Below are positions 1 through 9,480 of a DNA stretch of 64,000 nucleotides, in pieces. Source of the DNA: Chlamydiales bacterium (lineage in GTDB: Bacteria > Chlamydiota > Chlamydiia > Chlamydiales > JAAZZY01); assembly GCA_965206695.1 (NCBI GenBank), contig CBDBKM010000002.1, positions 64,001-128,000 of the forward strand. The letters are read 5' to 3'. The number at the start of each line of letters is the position of its first letter. Position 1 is the first letter of the stretch. The position numbers and the translations under genes are program-made. A model generated the notes under the pieces. That model saw only the letters and a program-made list of their open reading frames with translations. It made no database searches and had not been told where the DNA came from.

Positions 1-716
1 TCGGGCGATATTTTATTAACTTTTTATTAGAGAATAACGCTTCTCTTTCGATCAAAGAAGGTGAATTTCATCATATGGTTCATGTGATGCGACAAACCGC
101 AGGAGAAAATGTTAAACTTATTAATGGAAAAGGTCAGCTGGGTTTAGGCTTAATTGATTCGATAGATAAACATCAGGCAAACATTTCTATTAACGAAATC
201 AGACAACGCAGTCCATCAACTAAAAAAATCAATATTATCCAAGCCATGCCTAAATTCAACCGACTTAGTTTTATTTTAGAGAAAGGGTGCGAGCTTGGCA
301 TGGATAAGCTAATCCTATTTCCTGCAGCCAAAAGTGAAATTAAAGAGATTAGTGAAAATAGGTTAAATCGCATGAAAGCATCTATGATTTCAGCTATGAA
401 ACAATGCGGCTCTCTTTATTTGCCTGAAATCGACATAATAGGCCCTATCTCATCTTGGAAAACCTTTCAAAATCCTACTTACCTAGCGGATTTACACCCT
501 GATGCTAAACCTCTACTTCCCTTATATCAATCTTTAGAAGATAAATCAGAAGTTAACATATGCATTGGACCTGAAGGAGGTTTTACTGAAAAAGAGAGAA
601 ATAGCATGCTGCAACTTGATATAAAAAGTGTTACTCTTCACTCTAATGTTCTAAGAACTGAAACGGCTTCTCTAGTCATTCTTAGTATTTTAAAACACTT
701 TCATTTACCACTTTAA
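1..716 (+). CDS. rsmE: 16S rRNA m3U1498 methyltransferase RsmE (5' end lies before the window)
   Basis: Motifs HMVHVMR, EKGCELG, AMKQCG, IGPEGGF, VLRTETA; the frame is open from base 3, so the true start is upstream. Confidence 0.93.
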   Translation, partial: GRYFINFLLENNASLSIKEGEFHHMVHVMRQTAGENVKLINGKGQLGLGLIDSIDKHQANISINEIRQRSPSTKKINIIQAMPKFNRLSFILEKGCELGMDKLILFPAAKSEIKEISENRLNRMKASMISAMKQCGSLYLPEIDIIGPISSWKTFQNPTYLADLHPDAKPLLPLYQSLEDKSEVNICIGPEGGFTEKERNSMLQLDIKSVTLHSNVLRTETASLVILSILKHFHLPL

Positions 717-2474
717 TTCCATAACACCGTTATAAACAATGGCCGATTCAGAATCCATCGTAACCCATTGACCATTTTTTAGAATAGAGCTAGCCCCATC
801 TGCGCGTACTATAATTGATTTATTTAATGTTTGTGCTACTAAAACGGCATACTTCTCAGACTCTAAATCATCACTATAATTTTCTAAAATGATAGCTTTC
901 GCTTCCTTTAAGAAGCCAAGATATGAATCATTACAATTCCTTATTACCAAAATTTTATCTTTTACCATATGAACTTTTGGACCCTCCCGGTCATCAATGA
1001 CAATAACCCTTCCGGTTACATGTCCTCCATATCCTTGATGTCCTCTTAGCAAAACATCTCCGATATTCTCTACTATCATCATATTTGTTGTGCCGGAAAC
1101 ACCGAAAGGAGCACCTGCTGTCAATACGACAATATCCCCTAAATGGACATACCCTCTTTGCAAAGCAAAATCACTCACTCTCTTAAAAGCTTCAGAAATC
1201 GTCTCAAAATGTTCACTAAATAAAGGGATAACTCCCCAATTCAATGACAATTGATGATATACTTTGATGTTATCAGTTAAAGCAATAACAGGGATATCCG
1301 GACGAAGGCGAGAGACAAGACGAGGCGTATAACCTGTACTTGTAAATACGAAAATAGAACGAGCTTGTGCATTATATGCCGTATTAACAGACGAAAATGC
1401 TACAGCTGATGGAACATCATGATAAATCTTGCTGCCATGAAGGGTAAAAAAGTCCTTATAATTTATATCTTCTTCTGTTACACCACTTATTCTGTGCATA
1501 ACTTGTACAGATTCAATAGGATACTTCCCCATTGCTGTTTCAGCTGATAACATTAAAGCTGAGGTACTATCGTAAACGGCATTTGCGACATCAGATACTT
1601 CTGCTCTGGTAGGCCTTGGATTCGTATTCATCGATTCCAGCATCTGAGTAGCTGTTATTGCAGGTTTTCCGGCTAGATAACATTTACGAATCATCATTTT
1701 TTGAAGCTTTGGAACTTGACTTAAAGGAACCTCGACACCTAAATCCCCTCTAGCTATCATAATACCATCTGCAACCTGCAAAATAACATCGAAGTTATCA
1801 ATCCCTTCATGACATTCAATCTTAGCAATGACAAGAGTCTCTCCCTTACCATGTTCCTTTAATAACTGTTTAATAGAATGAATATTAGCATCGTTTCGAA
1901 TAAAAGACGCTGCTACTATGTCAATATCTTGCTCACAACCAAAAATGAGGTCTTTAATATCCCTGTCAGTTAGAGCCGGTAAATTTAAAGGCACGCCCGG
2001 AATATTAACCCCTTTGCCGGAACTTAAAATACCTGCATTATCAATTTCGATTAGAATCCCCTCACCATTCTTATCTATAACATGACTTGAGACATAACCA
2101 TCATTGAAGAGAATCGTATTGCCAACGTTCAAATATTCCAGAACAAACGGCGGACAAATCATCATCCTTGAGTCACTCAAAACATTTTCATCGTTGACTA
2201 GCCGGATTTGATCTTTCGCTTTTACTTTTATCTCATCATTTGGAATCTGACCGATTCTAACCTCAGGACCTTTAGTATCCAACATGATTGCTAAGGGTTT
2301 TCGTAAATCAGCCCTTGCACGTTTAAGAATTTGAATCGTTTGCAAATGTTCATCGTGTGTTCCATGGCTAAAGTTTATTCTGGCAATATTCATACCTGAT
2401 TGGATTAATTCTATAATCTTCTCATATGAATTAGTGGCAGGACCAATGGTACATACAATTTTTGTCTTAATCAA
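705..2474 (-). CDS. pyk: Pyruvate kinase, long form with C-terminal PEP-utiliser-like extension
   Basis: TKIVCTIGPA, ARINFSHG, DTKGPE, MIARGDLGVE, ATQMLESM, PTRAEVSDVANA; TTG start. Confidence 0.97.
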   Translation of the reverse strand: MIKTKIVCTIGPATNSYEKIIELIQSGMNIARINFSHGTHDEHLQTIQILKRARADLRKPLAIMLDTKGPEVRIGQIPNDEIKVKAKDQIRLVNDENVLSDSRMMICPPFVLEYLNVGNTILFNDGYVSSHVIDKNGEGILIEIDNAGILSSGKGVNIPGVPLNLPALTDRDIKDLIFGCEQDIDIVAASFIRNDANIHSIKQLLKEHGKGETLVIAKIECHEGIDNFDVILQVADGIMIARGDLGVEVPLSQVPKLQKMMIRKCYLAGKPAITATQMLESMNTNPRPTRAEVSDVANAVYDSTSALMLSAETAMGKYPIESVQVMHRISGVTEEDINYKDFFTLHGSKIYHDVPSAVAFSSVNTAYNAQARSIFVFTSTGYTPRLVSRLRPDIPVIALTDNIKVYHQLSLNWGVIPLFSEHFETISEAFKRVSDFALQRGYVHLGDIVVLTAGAPFGVSGTTNMMIVENIGDVLLRGHQGYGGHVTGRVIVIDDREGPKVHMVKDKILVIRNCNDSYLGFLKEAKAIILENYSDDLESEKYAVLVAQTLNKSIIVRADGASSILKNGQWVTMDSESAIVYNGVMELKW

Positions 2475-2648
2475 AATTTATCAACCTTTATATAAATAAT
2501 TAAATGTAAATAATTAAAAATGATGGCTTTTCATATTAACCGGACCCATAATATCATTCTATCATAGCTTTTATTAATAGCTCAATATAACAAATCTTGT
2601 AGAGTATTCTCATATTCTGTTAGCATGCGACTAAGGAGGCAAATCAAA

Positions 2649-3011
2649 ATGGGCTATAATCCTCTATTCTATAAAAAAGTTAATAGTCTCGTAACCCTTC
2701 TATTTATTATTGGGATGTTAATCACCTTGTTTTTCAAGGAGTTAAACGTTTGGGACTCGGTTATTATTTGCTTTGGAGCCGCTCTGGCCATTCGTCAATA
2801 TCTAGTTGGCAAAATAATCGATATTATAGTAACCGTAATTATATTCACCGCCATATTTATATTCAATAATTTTTATTACTGCGAACTTAGTATATTTATA
2901 TTGTTATTAGTTGCTGCTTTATACATAATGATTCGTCAGTATTTAAGTATTTATAAGCATAGATGCGATGCCGATTGGCATAGTAAAAAATTTAATAATG
3001 AACCTCATTAA
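2649..3011 (+). CDS. Small multi-TM membrane protein (paralogue-like to next ORF)
   Basis: About 4 hydrophobic segments; AAGGAGG at 2633-2639 favours ATG 2649 over 2625. Confidence 0.7.
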   Translation: MGYNPLFYKKVNSLVTLLFIIGMLITLFFKELNVWDSVIICFGAALAIRQYLVGKIIDIIVTVIIFTAIFIFNNFYYCELSIFILLLVAALYIMIRQYLSIYKHRCDADWHSKKFNNEPH

Positions 3012-3025
3012 CAAAAATACCATTG

Positions 3026-3376
3026 ATGCAAAAATTTAAATTTAGCTCAAAAGCAGTAGACCTATTTGGGGGGGGGATTGTATTAATTGGCTTAGCTATT
3101 TGCGATCTAACTAATAATCTTTGGCCGGGGATCATCTTAGCCGTTGGCTGCGCTCTTGCCGTAAAACATGCGTTACAAAAAAAGATTTTAGACGCTGCGT
3201 TATTTCTATTAGTCCCGATTTTAATTTTTTTTATTATCACCTACCCACTTACCTTACCTGATCAATTTTCAACTCCAATACTGTTAAGTATTCCGGGGCT
3301 TTATATCCTCATCAAAGGCTTTACCCTTATTATAAAAGAAAAGCGTACACCTAATACTCTTGAATTAGAAAAATAA
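3026..3376 (+). CDS. Small multi-TM membrane protein
   Basis: Hydrophobic segments, LIGLAI..WPGIILAVG..LA pattern resembling the upstream ORF; ATG 3026 (TTG 3023 alternative). Confidence 0.7.
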   Translation: MQKFKFSSKAVDLFGGGIVLIGLAICDLTNNLWPGIILAVGCALAVKHALQKKILDAALFLLVPILIFFIITYPLTLPDQFSTPILLSIPGLYILIKGFTLIIKEKRTPNTLELEK

Positions 3377-3389
3377 ATGGTTTGTATTT

Positions 3390-4427
3390 ATGGTAATATC
3401 ATCTGATAACTTACTTCCGGGTTCGATAGCTCTTATAGGTGTTGCTTCGGGAAGCTATGCTGCCCTTTTGGCCGGGAGGTCTGTTTTCGGATCAGACACT
3501 CTATCACAACGCTATAATACTTTCCAAAAGATGTTAAGTGATAGCAGCTTATCATTATTAGATCGAATCTATTCTGCTAAAGAGATCGCTTTTGGATCGG
3601 CTACTTGGACTCAAAGAGCCTCAAATTTTATCAAAGCCTGCTTCTATAGTGCAATCTCTTATAGCGCTTATTCTGCATTTCATTCTTTCAATCACTCAAC
3701 TACTTCTTCATCTGACCCTGACTATGTACCTACGCCTCAAAGCAAACTAGCATTTAAAAGATTAACAAAAGAATTTAAGCAGTGTCCTGCAGCAAAATCA
3801 TTTTTAGACGATTTGAAAAGAAAATATTCCATTCAGTTTCGGTGGTCAACTCGTATTCCGAAAGCTGCAATCGAATCTAACCATGACAGTTACCCTTTTT
3901 TTATCAAACCCAAAATAACTATTCTAATCAATCCCAAGATCTCACCGGGGGAAAAAGTTATGGGTCTTTTATTTGAACTAGCTAACTCATGTCACTTAAA
4001 TAAGTTTAAACTTATAAGTGATTTTGCATCTCAAGGAAAGTTATCTAAAGAACAATACGCACAACTGATAGAGAAAGTAGAGGATCGTACAGCTAAATTG
4101 CATCACCGGATTGCCTCCCGGTGTGTACAAAAAGGTATTTGGCCTTCAGAAATAGATGCTTTTGCAAACGTTAAATATAATCACTTTTTTCACGGATATG
4201 CTCAAGAAATATCCGGCCATACGCAAATGTATCGAAATCAATGGCAGAGCACTTATAAGCGCAATTTTTGTTATAAGCAACCTCTGCACCCCGATTGTTC
4301 TAAACAGAATGATTCCTACTCTGCAAGCAATTCTTTTTTTAACACTATTAATCGACAAGCTGTTTTAGATAGCATTCCCATGTCGATAAAAAATATAATT
4401 AGGCAAATACCTACTTGTTTGGATTAA
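3390..4427 (+). CDS. Hypothetical protein with Ser-rich N-terminus and LLFELAN (zincin-like?) motif
   Basis: 345-aa ORF in operon-like spacing; function not recognisable. Confidence 0.6.
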   Translation: MVISSDNLLPGSIALIGVASGSYAALLAGRSVFGSDTLSQRYNTFQKMLSDSSLSLLDRIYSAKEIAFGSATWTQRASNFIKACFYSAISYSAYSAFHSFNHSTTSSSDPDYVPTPQSKLAFKRLTKEFKQCPAAKSFLDDLKRKYSIQFRWSTRIPKAAIESNHDSYPFFIKPKITILINPKISPGEKVMGLLFELANSCHLNKFKLISDFASQGKLSKEQYAQLIEKVEDRTAKLHHRIASRCVQKGIWPSEIDAFANVKYNHFFHGYAQEISGHTQMYRNQWQSTYKRNFCYKQPLHPDCSKQNDSYSASNSFFNTINRQAVLDSIPMSIKNIIRQIPTCLD

Positions 4428-4507
4428 ACCTCCTCTTAGCAAACAATTCCATCTAGACTTAAACTCTCTATCCTTTATAGAATCTTATCCTTATCTGATG
4501 TAAAGAT

Positions 4508-5269
4508 TTGATTATGCGAAAACTATTTGCGAAGTTATTAATATTGTCTTTTTTCTCATCTGCCACATTTGCTCACGAATTACTTGTGAATTCTAAACAA
4601 CTCTTAGTTATGACTACCAAGGATTGGAGTACTACCACAGGAATACTCCAACGTATGGAACGTCATTCTATTGATGATGATTGGCAAATTATTGGAGACT
4701 CTATACAAGCCAGCGTCGGGAAAAATGGAATGGGGTGGGCTTGCCATCATATTGATGAGAACATAACCTTTAATGAACCCATTAAAATGGAAGGGGATAA
4801 TAAAGCTCCGGCAGGTATCTTGGATTTAGGATCCGCTTTTGGATTCAATCCAATAGACGATTATACCACATTAAAACTACCTTACTTGTTTCTTCATCCT
4901 GCAATAGAAGCTATCGATGATGTCAATTCCATGTTCTATAACCAAATCATAGATACAACGACTCTCTCTTTAATAGAATGGAATTCATCAGAGAAAATGG
5001 GCTTGGAACCACTTTATAAATGGGGCTTAATTATAGAATATAATACCCATACACCACAAGTAGGATACGGTTCTTGTATATTTATGCATATTTGGAAAAG
5101 CCGTGAACAAGGAACAACCGGATGTACGGCTATGAATGAAACCGATTTATTAACGCTTCTTTATTGGCTTGATCCCGATGCAAAACCAAAACTTGTACAA
5201 TTACCAAAAGATGCTTATATAAAACTAAAGGATACATGGAATCTACCTGAACTTAAATTCAATGAATAA
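4508..5269 (+). CDS. Secreted L,D-transpeptidase (YkuD-like) family protein
   Basis: Signal peptide (..ATFA|H), EGDNKAPAG, GSCIFMH...GTTGC catalytic His/Cys pattern. Confidence 0.8.
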   Translation: MIMRKLFAKLLILSFFSSATFAHELLVNSKQLLVMTTKDWSTTTGILQRMERHSIDDDWQIIGDSIQASVGKNGMGWACHHIDENITFNEPIKMEGDNKAPAGILDLGSAFGFNPIDDYTTLKLPYLFLHPAIEAIDDVNSMFYNQIIDTTTLSLIEWNSSEKMGLEPLYKWGLIIEYNTHTPQVGYGSCIFMHIWKSREQGTTGCTAMNETDLLTLLYWLDPDAKPKLVQLPKDAYIKLKDTWNLPELKFNE

Positions 5270-8162
5270 AGAAGAAAACTATCAGTTATACGGCCCTTAT
5301 AAAATCGTTCGCCCAATAGCCAAAGGAGGAATGGGAGAGGTTTTTTTAGCCTACGATAATATATGTAAAAGATATGTGGCATTAAAACGCATTCGATCTG
5401 ACTTAGAAAATAAAGAAAACATACAAAAACGCTTTATTAGAGAAGCTCGGATTGCCAGTAGCTTAGCCCACCCAAATATTATTCCTATTTATAATATTCA
5501 AGATCAAGACAATGCCTACTATACTATGCCTTATGTTGAAGGCAAGACGTTAAAACAGATCTTAAAAGAGGCCTACTATATCGAAAAGAAAGAAGGAAAA
5601 ATCTCTCAAGAAGGATCTATCCCCTCTTTAATGCGTGTTTTTTTAACGATCTGTGAAGCTATATCATATGCACATGCAAGAGGCATTTTACATCGAGATA
5701 TTAAACCGGAAAATATTTTGATAGGTAAATATGGTGAAGTCTTTATTTTTGATTGGGGGGTCGCTGAAAAAACAAAGATTGCTTACCTAGAAGATGAAGA
5801 AGACTGTTACCTGTCTTCAATTAATGATAAAGAGGATGAATATGAAAAACTAACGAGACCGGGTAAAATTGTAGGCACCCTTCCCTTTATGGCTCCTCAG
5901 CGTATCTTTGGAAGGCCCGCAACTCCATTAGCCGATATCTATGCCTTAGGTGTCATGCTTTATTTTATCTTAACCCTAAGGCTTCCATTCAAACGCAAAT
6001 CCTTAAAAGAAGCACGTCAAACAGTACATTTAGAGCAATGGCCCGAGCCTACTAAAGTAGCTCCTTACCGTGATATTCCTCAAATGCTGATACACATTGT
6101 AAAGAAGTGCCTTTATCCGGATCCTCAGAAACGCTATCAAACTGTCAAAGATCTCATCAAAGATCTAAAACAATTTATCGAAGGAGGATCCGAATGGTTC
6201 CAGATTGCCGAACTCAATATCCATAAGAAAGAAGATTGGCAATTTCAAGAAAATGTCCTTTTAACCAAACAATTAGCTATTGCTCCGGATGATAAAACCG
6301 TTGAATGGGTTAGCTTAATGATTTCAAAAGCTTCTTTCGAAGGAACGACTCAATTAAAAGCGAATGTCAAAATCACAGAAGGTAAGGGAATCGGGTTCTT
6401 ATTATGCGTGCCCGAATCACAAGAGCGAAATTCTCCTTACGATGGTTATAGTCTTTGGCTAGGAGATACTCATATCAAACTATTTCGAGGCCAGGTCGAG
6501 GTTTTACATCTTACTGAGATGTTTTTAGAAAACAATAAATGGTTTCAAGTACGAATCGAGAAAATTGATAACAACTTTTATCTCTATCTAAGTGAAGAAC
6601 TGATATTTTCATATATTTCTCATCTACCCCTTATTGGTACTCATATTGGCGTTCTTTATCGAGATGCAGACTTTGAAGTCTCAGAACTTATTATCGCTGT
6701 TGCCAGCCCTAGTATTACGATTAGTTGTCTAGCAGTACCCGACTCCTTATTAGCATATAAAGCGTACGATAAAGCTTTAATAGAATATCGCCGAATTGGC
6801 TATTCATTTCCCGGAAGACACGAAGGCAGGGAAGCTTTTTTTAGAGCCGGGGTCACACTCCTGGAACAAGCAAAAAATTTCAAAGCAAAAAAAAATGCCA
6901 AGAAAATATTTTCTTTAGCTTTAGATGAATTCGAAAAGCTGCGACATACGCCGGGAGCTCCTTTAGAATATTTAGGAAAAGCACTCGTATACGAGGCATT
7001 AAATGAAAATGCAGAAGAATTAAAATGTTTGGAACTTGGGATAAGACGATATCGACAACACCCTCTTCTCTCATTAGTATATGCTCAAATCATCTACCGT
7101 ATGCATCAAAGTTCAAGCCATGATAGAAGAGCGACCTATCGGTTTGCTTTGCTTGCAACCAGACATATTCCTAAAAAATTTATCGATACTAACTCCATTG
7201 CATTAATTAAAAACTCTAAATTGCATGGTGATGATTTATTTTTCTTAGAACCTTCCGATTCCACTGCAAGCGAGATTCAAGAAGATATGGACCTTTCCAT
7301 CTATTTATCTATCTCCTTAGCTAAGCCTTATATCATTCTTGAAATAATCAATGAAATATTACATTCCAAAACCCCCTCTCCAACCCTTTTAAGAAACGCT
7401 TTAATGGGTCTTTATTTCTTAGGTGTTCATGAACTTAATAATACGATCAAAGAAAAATTGACGACCTATATCCAACAACTACCCAAAGACAACAGAAATG
7501 ATCTCGCTTTAATAGAAGCGCTTATTCCTCTCATTAATAAAACTCATTTATCTCAAGCAATTACACTCTTTTTTAAACATGTCAACACACAATTAACTTC
7601 TAGCCAAGAAAGCATTCTCTTTTTTTTATTAGAAGAGGCGTTACGCTTTAAACAAGAAAAACTTATTGAACCTGTTTATCTAAAATTAGAAGACAAAAAG
7701 ATCAATTATAAACAAACATTTCGCATGGCATGTTATCGTCTTTGGGGCTTCCTTCTTTTACAAGAAAATGAAAATTGCGAAAGTATTTTTAATGACTTTT
7801 CTTTAGATGATCCGGATGTGGAATCTTCTATTTTCTTTTTTTTATACGGTTGTTACTTACAGGCTGTTAAAGGCAAAAAAGAAGCTCTTAAGCACTTTTT
7901 AAACGTTTTAGAAGTACCTTTTCCTAAATCTTACTCTCTTGGTTGCTACTATATTTCTAAAAAACTTAACTCTTTAAACAGTTTCAAAGAAAAGGCCTTC
8001 TCTTTGGAAACAAAAGAATTTTATAAACAACTCTATCTTTTCTATACATGCCAAGGTGATTCAAAATTGTCACAAACGTATTATAATTTATGGCTAAAAG
8101 AGTTTCCTTCCGTTAAGCAATCGGCGGATCCGGATGCCTCTTGGGTTAAAAAAAAGAAATAA
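5262..8162 (+). CDS. pknD: Ser/Thr protein kinase, chlamydial PknD type
   Basis: GGMGEV, VALK, HRDIKPEN, DWG, GT..FMAP; long C-terminal region; near valS as in Chlamydia. Confidence 0.88.
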   Translation: MNKEENYQLYGPYKIVRPIAKGGMGEVFLAYDNICKRYVALKRIRSDLENKENIQKRFIREARIASSLAHPNIIPIYNIQDQDNAYYTMPYVEGKTLKQILKEAYYIEKKEGKISQEGSIPSLMRVFLTICEAISYAHARGILHRDIKPENILIGKYGEVFIFDWGVAEKTKIAYLEDEEDCYLSSINDKEDEYEKLTRPGKIVGTLPFMAPQRIFGRPATPLADIYALGVMLYFILTLRLPFKRKSLKEARQTVHLEQWPEPTKVAPYRDIPQMLIHIVKKCLYPDPQKRYQTVKDLIKDLKQFIEGGSEWFQIAELNIHKKEDWQFQENVLLTKQLAIAPDDKTVEWVSLMISKASFEGTTQLKANVKITEGKGIGFLLCVPESQERNSPYDGYSLWLGDTHIKLFRGQVEVLHLTEMFLENNKWFQVRIEKIDNNFYLYLSEELIFSYISHLPLIGTHIGVLYRDADFEVSELIIAVASPSITISCLAVPDSLLAYKAYDKALIEYRRIGYSFPGRHEGREAFFRAGVTLLEQAKNFKAKKNAKKIFSLALDEFEKLRHTPGAPLEYLGKALVYEALNENAEELKCLELGIRRYRQHPLLSLVYAQIIYRMHQSSSHDRRATYRFALLATRHIPKKFIDTNSIALIKNSKLHGDDLFFLEPSDSTASEIQEDMDLSIYLSISLAKPYIILEIINEILHSKTPSPTLLRNALMGLYFLGVHELNNTIKEKLTTYIQQLPKDNRNDLALIEALIPLINKTHLSQAITLFFKHVNTQLTSSQESILFFLLEEALRFKQEKLIEPVYLKLEDKKINYKQTFRMACYRLWGFLLLQENENCESIFNDFSLDDPDVESSIFFFLYGCYLQAVKGKKEALKHFLNVLEVPFPKSYSLGCYYISKKLNSLNSFKEKAFSLETKEFYKQLYLFYTCQGDSKLSQTYYNLWLKEFPSVKQSADPDASWVKKKK

Positions 8163-8940
8163 AGCTATTTCGGTTATTTAGGGGTTATTTTGTTTCCGAT
8201 AACCGAGAAGGCTTTATTCATCACATAGACGTCAGACCGGCGAATGAATCTGAGGTAACCCAATTGTTATACTCAAGGTAAACGTTTACTGACCGATAAG
8301 GGTTTCTCATCATCAGATAACCGCTCTTATTGAAGAAATCACGGTATTCGAGACGGTCTTTCTCATAAAGCAGTTAGGGGTCATCCTTTAAAATGGAGTC
8401 AATATCGATTTAACAAAATGATTGCGAAAAGATGATTTCGTATAGAGCAAGCTTTCGGTACTTTAAAAAGAAAATTTTATATGGGTAAAGCCGACATTCC
8501 TAGACCTCTAAACAAGTTTTTCTAATTAAGCCATACATCCTTATTGCAATTACTGCCTGTCCCGCACTTACTTTTCTTTGTGGATGATTTTTTAATCCGG
8601 TATCAATCCTTTCCGCTACTTTTAGATCGCTGCAAAGTGCTGCAATTAATCCATGGTGATCCATGTTCACTGTTTGAATATTATCTCCTGCAACTTCCGG
8701 CATAACTTTTCTCCTTGTATCAAATAAAAAGTAACAGGATAGGCAATCTATAATTCTAATTCAAAAAAAATATCTTACGGTCTAGGAATGTCGGGTAAAG
8801 CTTCTTATTTTTCTCGATTAAAAATCAAAGGACAATTTTATATGAAAGCTTTGTGCTTTAATTTGAACAAGGCCCAGAAAGAGTTGTGTGTGACCCTCAT
8901 TAACGCAAGCTTGGTCAAACAAAGAACTTTACAGGAGGCT
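8110..8940 (+). pseudogene. Degraded IS5-family transposase, interrupted by a mini-IS1634
   Basis: Fragments DPDASWVKK..YFGY, RPANESE, LTDKG, RIEQAFGTLKRKF, ALCFNL with stops and frameshifts. Confidence 0.75.
8491..8794 (-). mobile_element. 304-bp non-autonomous (MITE-like) derivative of the IS1634 at 23802-25569
   Basis: Same 16-bp TIRs CCGACATTCCTAGACC; own 6-bp target duplication GTAAAG (8485-8490, 8795-8800); encodes a 67-aa in-frame fusion (8500-8703). Confidence 0.95.
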
Positions 8941-9336
8941 TTACCCCGCTTCAAGTCGCTCTTGTAGTTCTTCTAAAGCTGTCGCTGTAGTTAAAATAAC
9001 GATAATGGAAATCATTGCCGCTTTTAAAGCTAAAGCAGCAGCAGCATATGAAGCAATTATAGCTTTTCCGGTACCAGCATCTAAGGCACTAAAATGGCTA
9101 TCTTGTTTGGAAGAAAAGTTTTTAGCTTCAGCTGAAAAAATATTAGATTCTGCTATTATGGCCTTTTCAGCTATACCATAAGTACTTAATGCTATTTCTA
9201 TTAAATACTTAGAAAACTCTTCTAAACCGGAGGATCTAACAATATCAGCAAGGTTGAAAGTCACCTCTGATGCCTTTTGGGCTATATCTACTAAAGAAGA
9301 ATGATCAATATCTTTGTCATTAATAAAATAATTCAT
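8941..9336 (-). CDS. Hypothetical Ala-rich helical protein
   Basis: 131-aa ORF; no recognisable motif. Confidence 0.5.
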   Translation of the reverse strand: MNYFINDKDIDHSSLVDIAQKASEVTFNLADIVRSSGLEEFSKYLIEIALSTYGIAEKAIIAESNIFSAEAKNFSSKQDSHFSALDAGTGKAIIASYAAAALALKAAMISIIVILTTATALEELQERLEAG

Positions 9337-9421
9337 ATTATATCAATTAATACATTAAGTAGTTTTTGTTCTTTATTATATTTTAAATCTTTACAAAAGT
9401 CAACACTAACTATAAAAAAAC

Positions 9422-9459
9422 AAAACATAACGGCTGTTAAATAACAACTGTTGTGTTTT
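9422..9459 (-). terminator. Probable intrinsic terminator after the FHA-like gene
   Basis: Imperfect inverted repeat AAAACATAACGGCTGTTA/TAACAACTGTTGTGTTTT followed by a T-run on the minus strand. Confidence 0.5.
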
Positions 9460-9480
9460 AAAGCTTTATTTATATATTTT

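Noticed and set aside
8941..9336. CdiI-like immunity gene for the FHA-like protein
   Set aside because: No VENN-like delimiter or recognisable toxin domain at the FHA C-terminus, and a probable terminator lies between the genes
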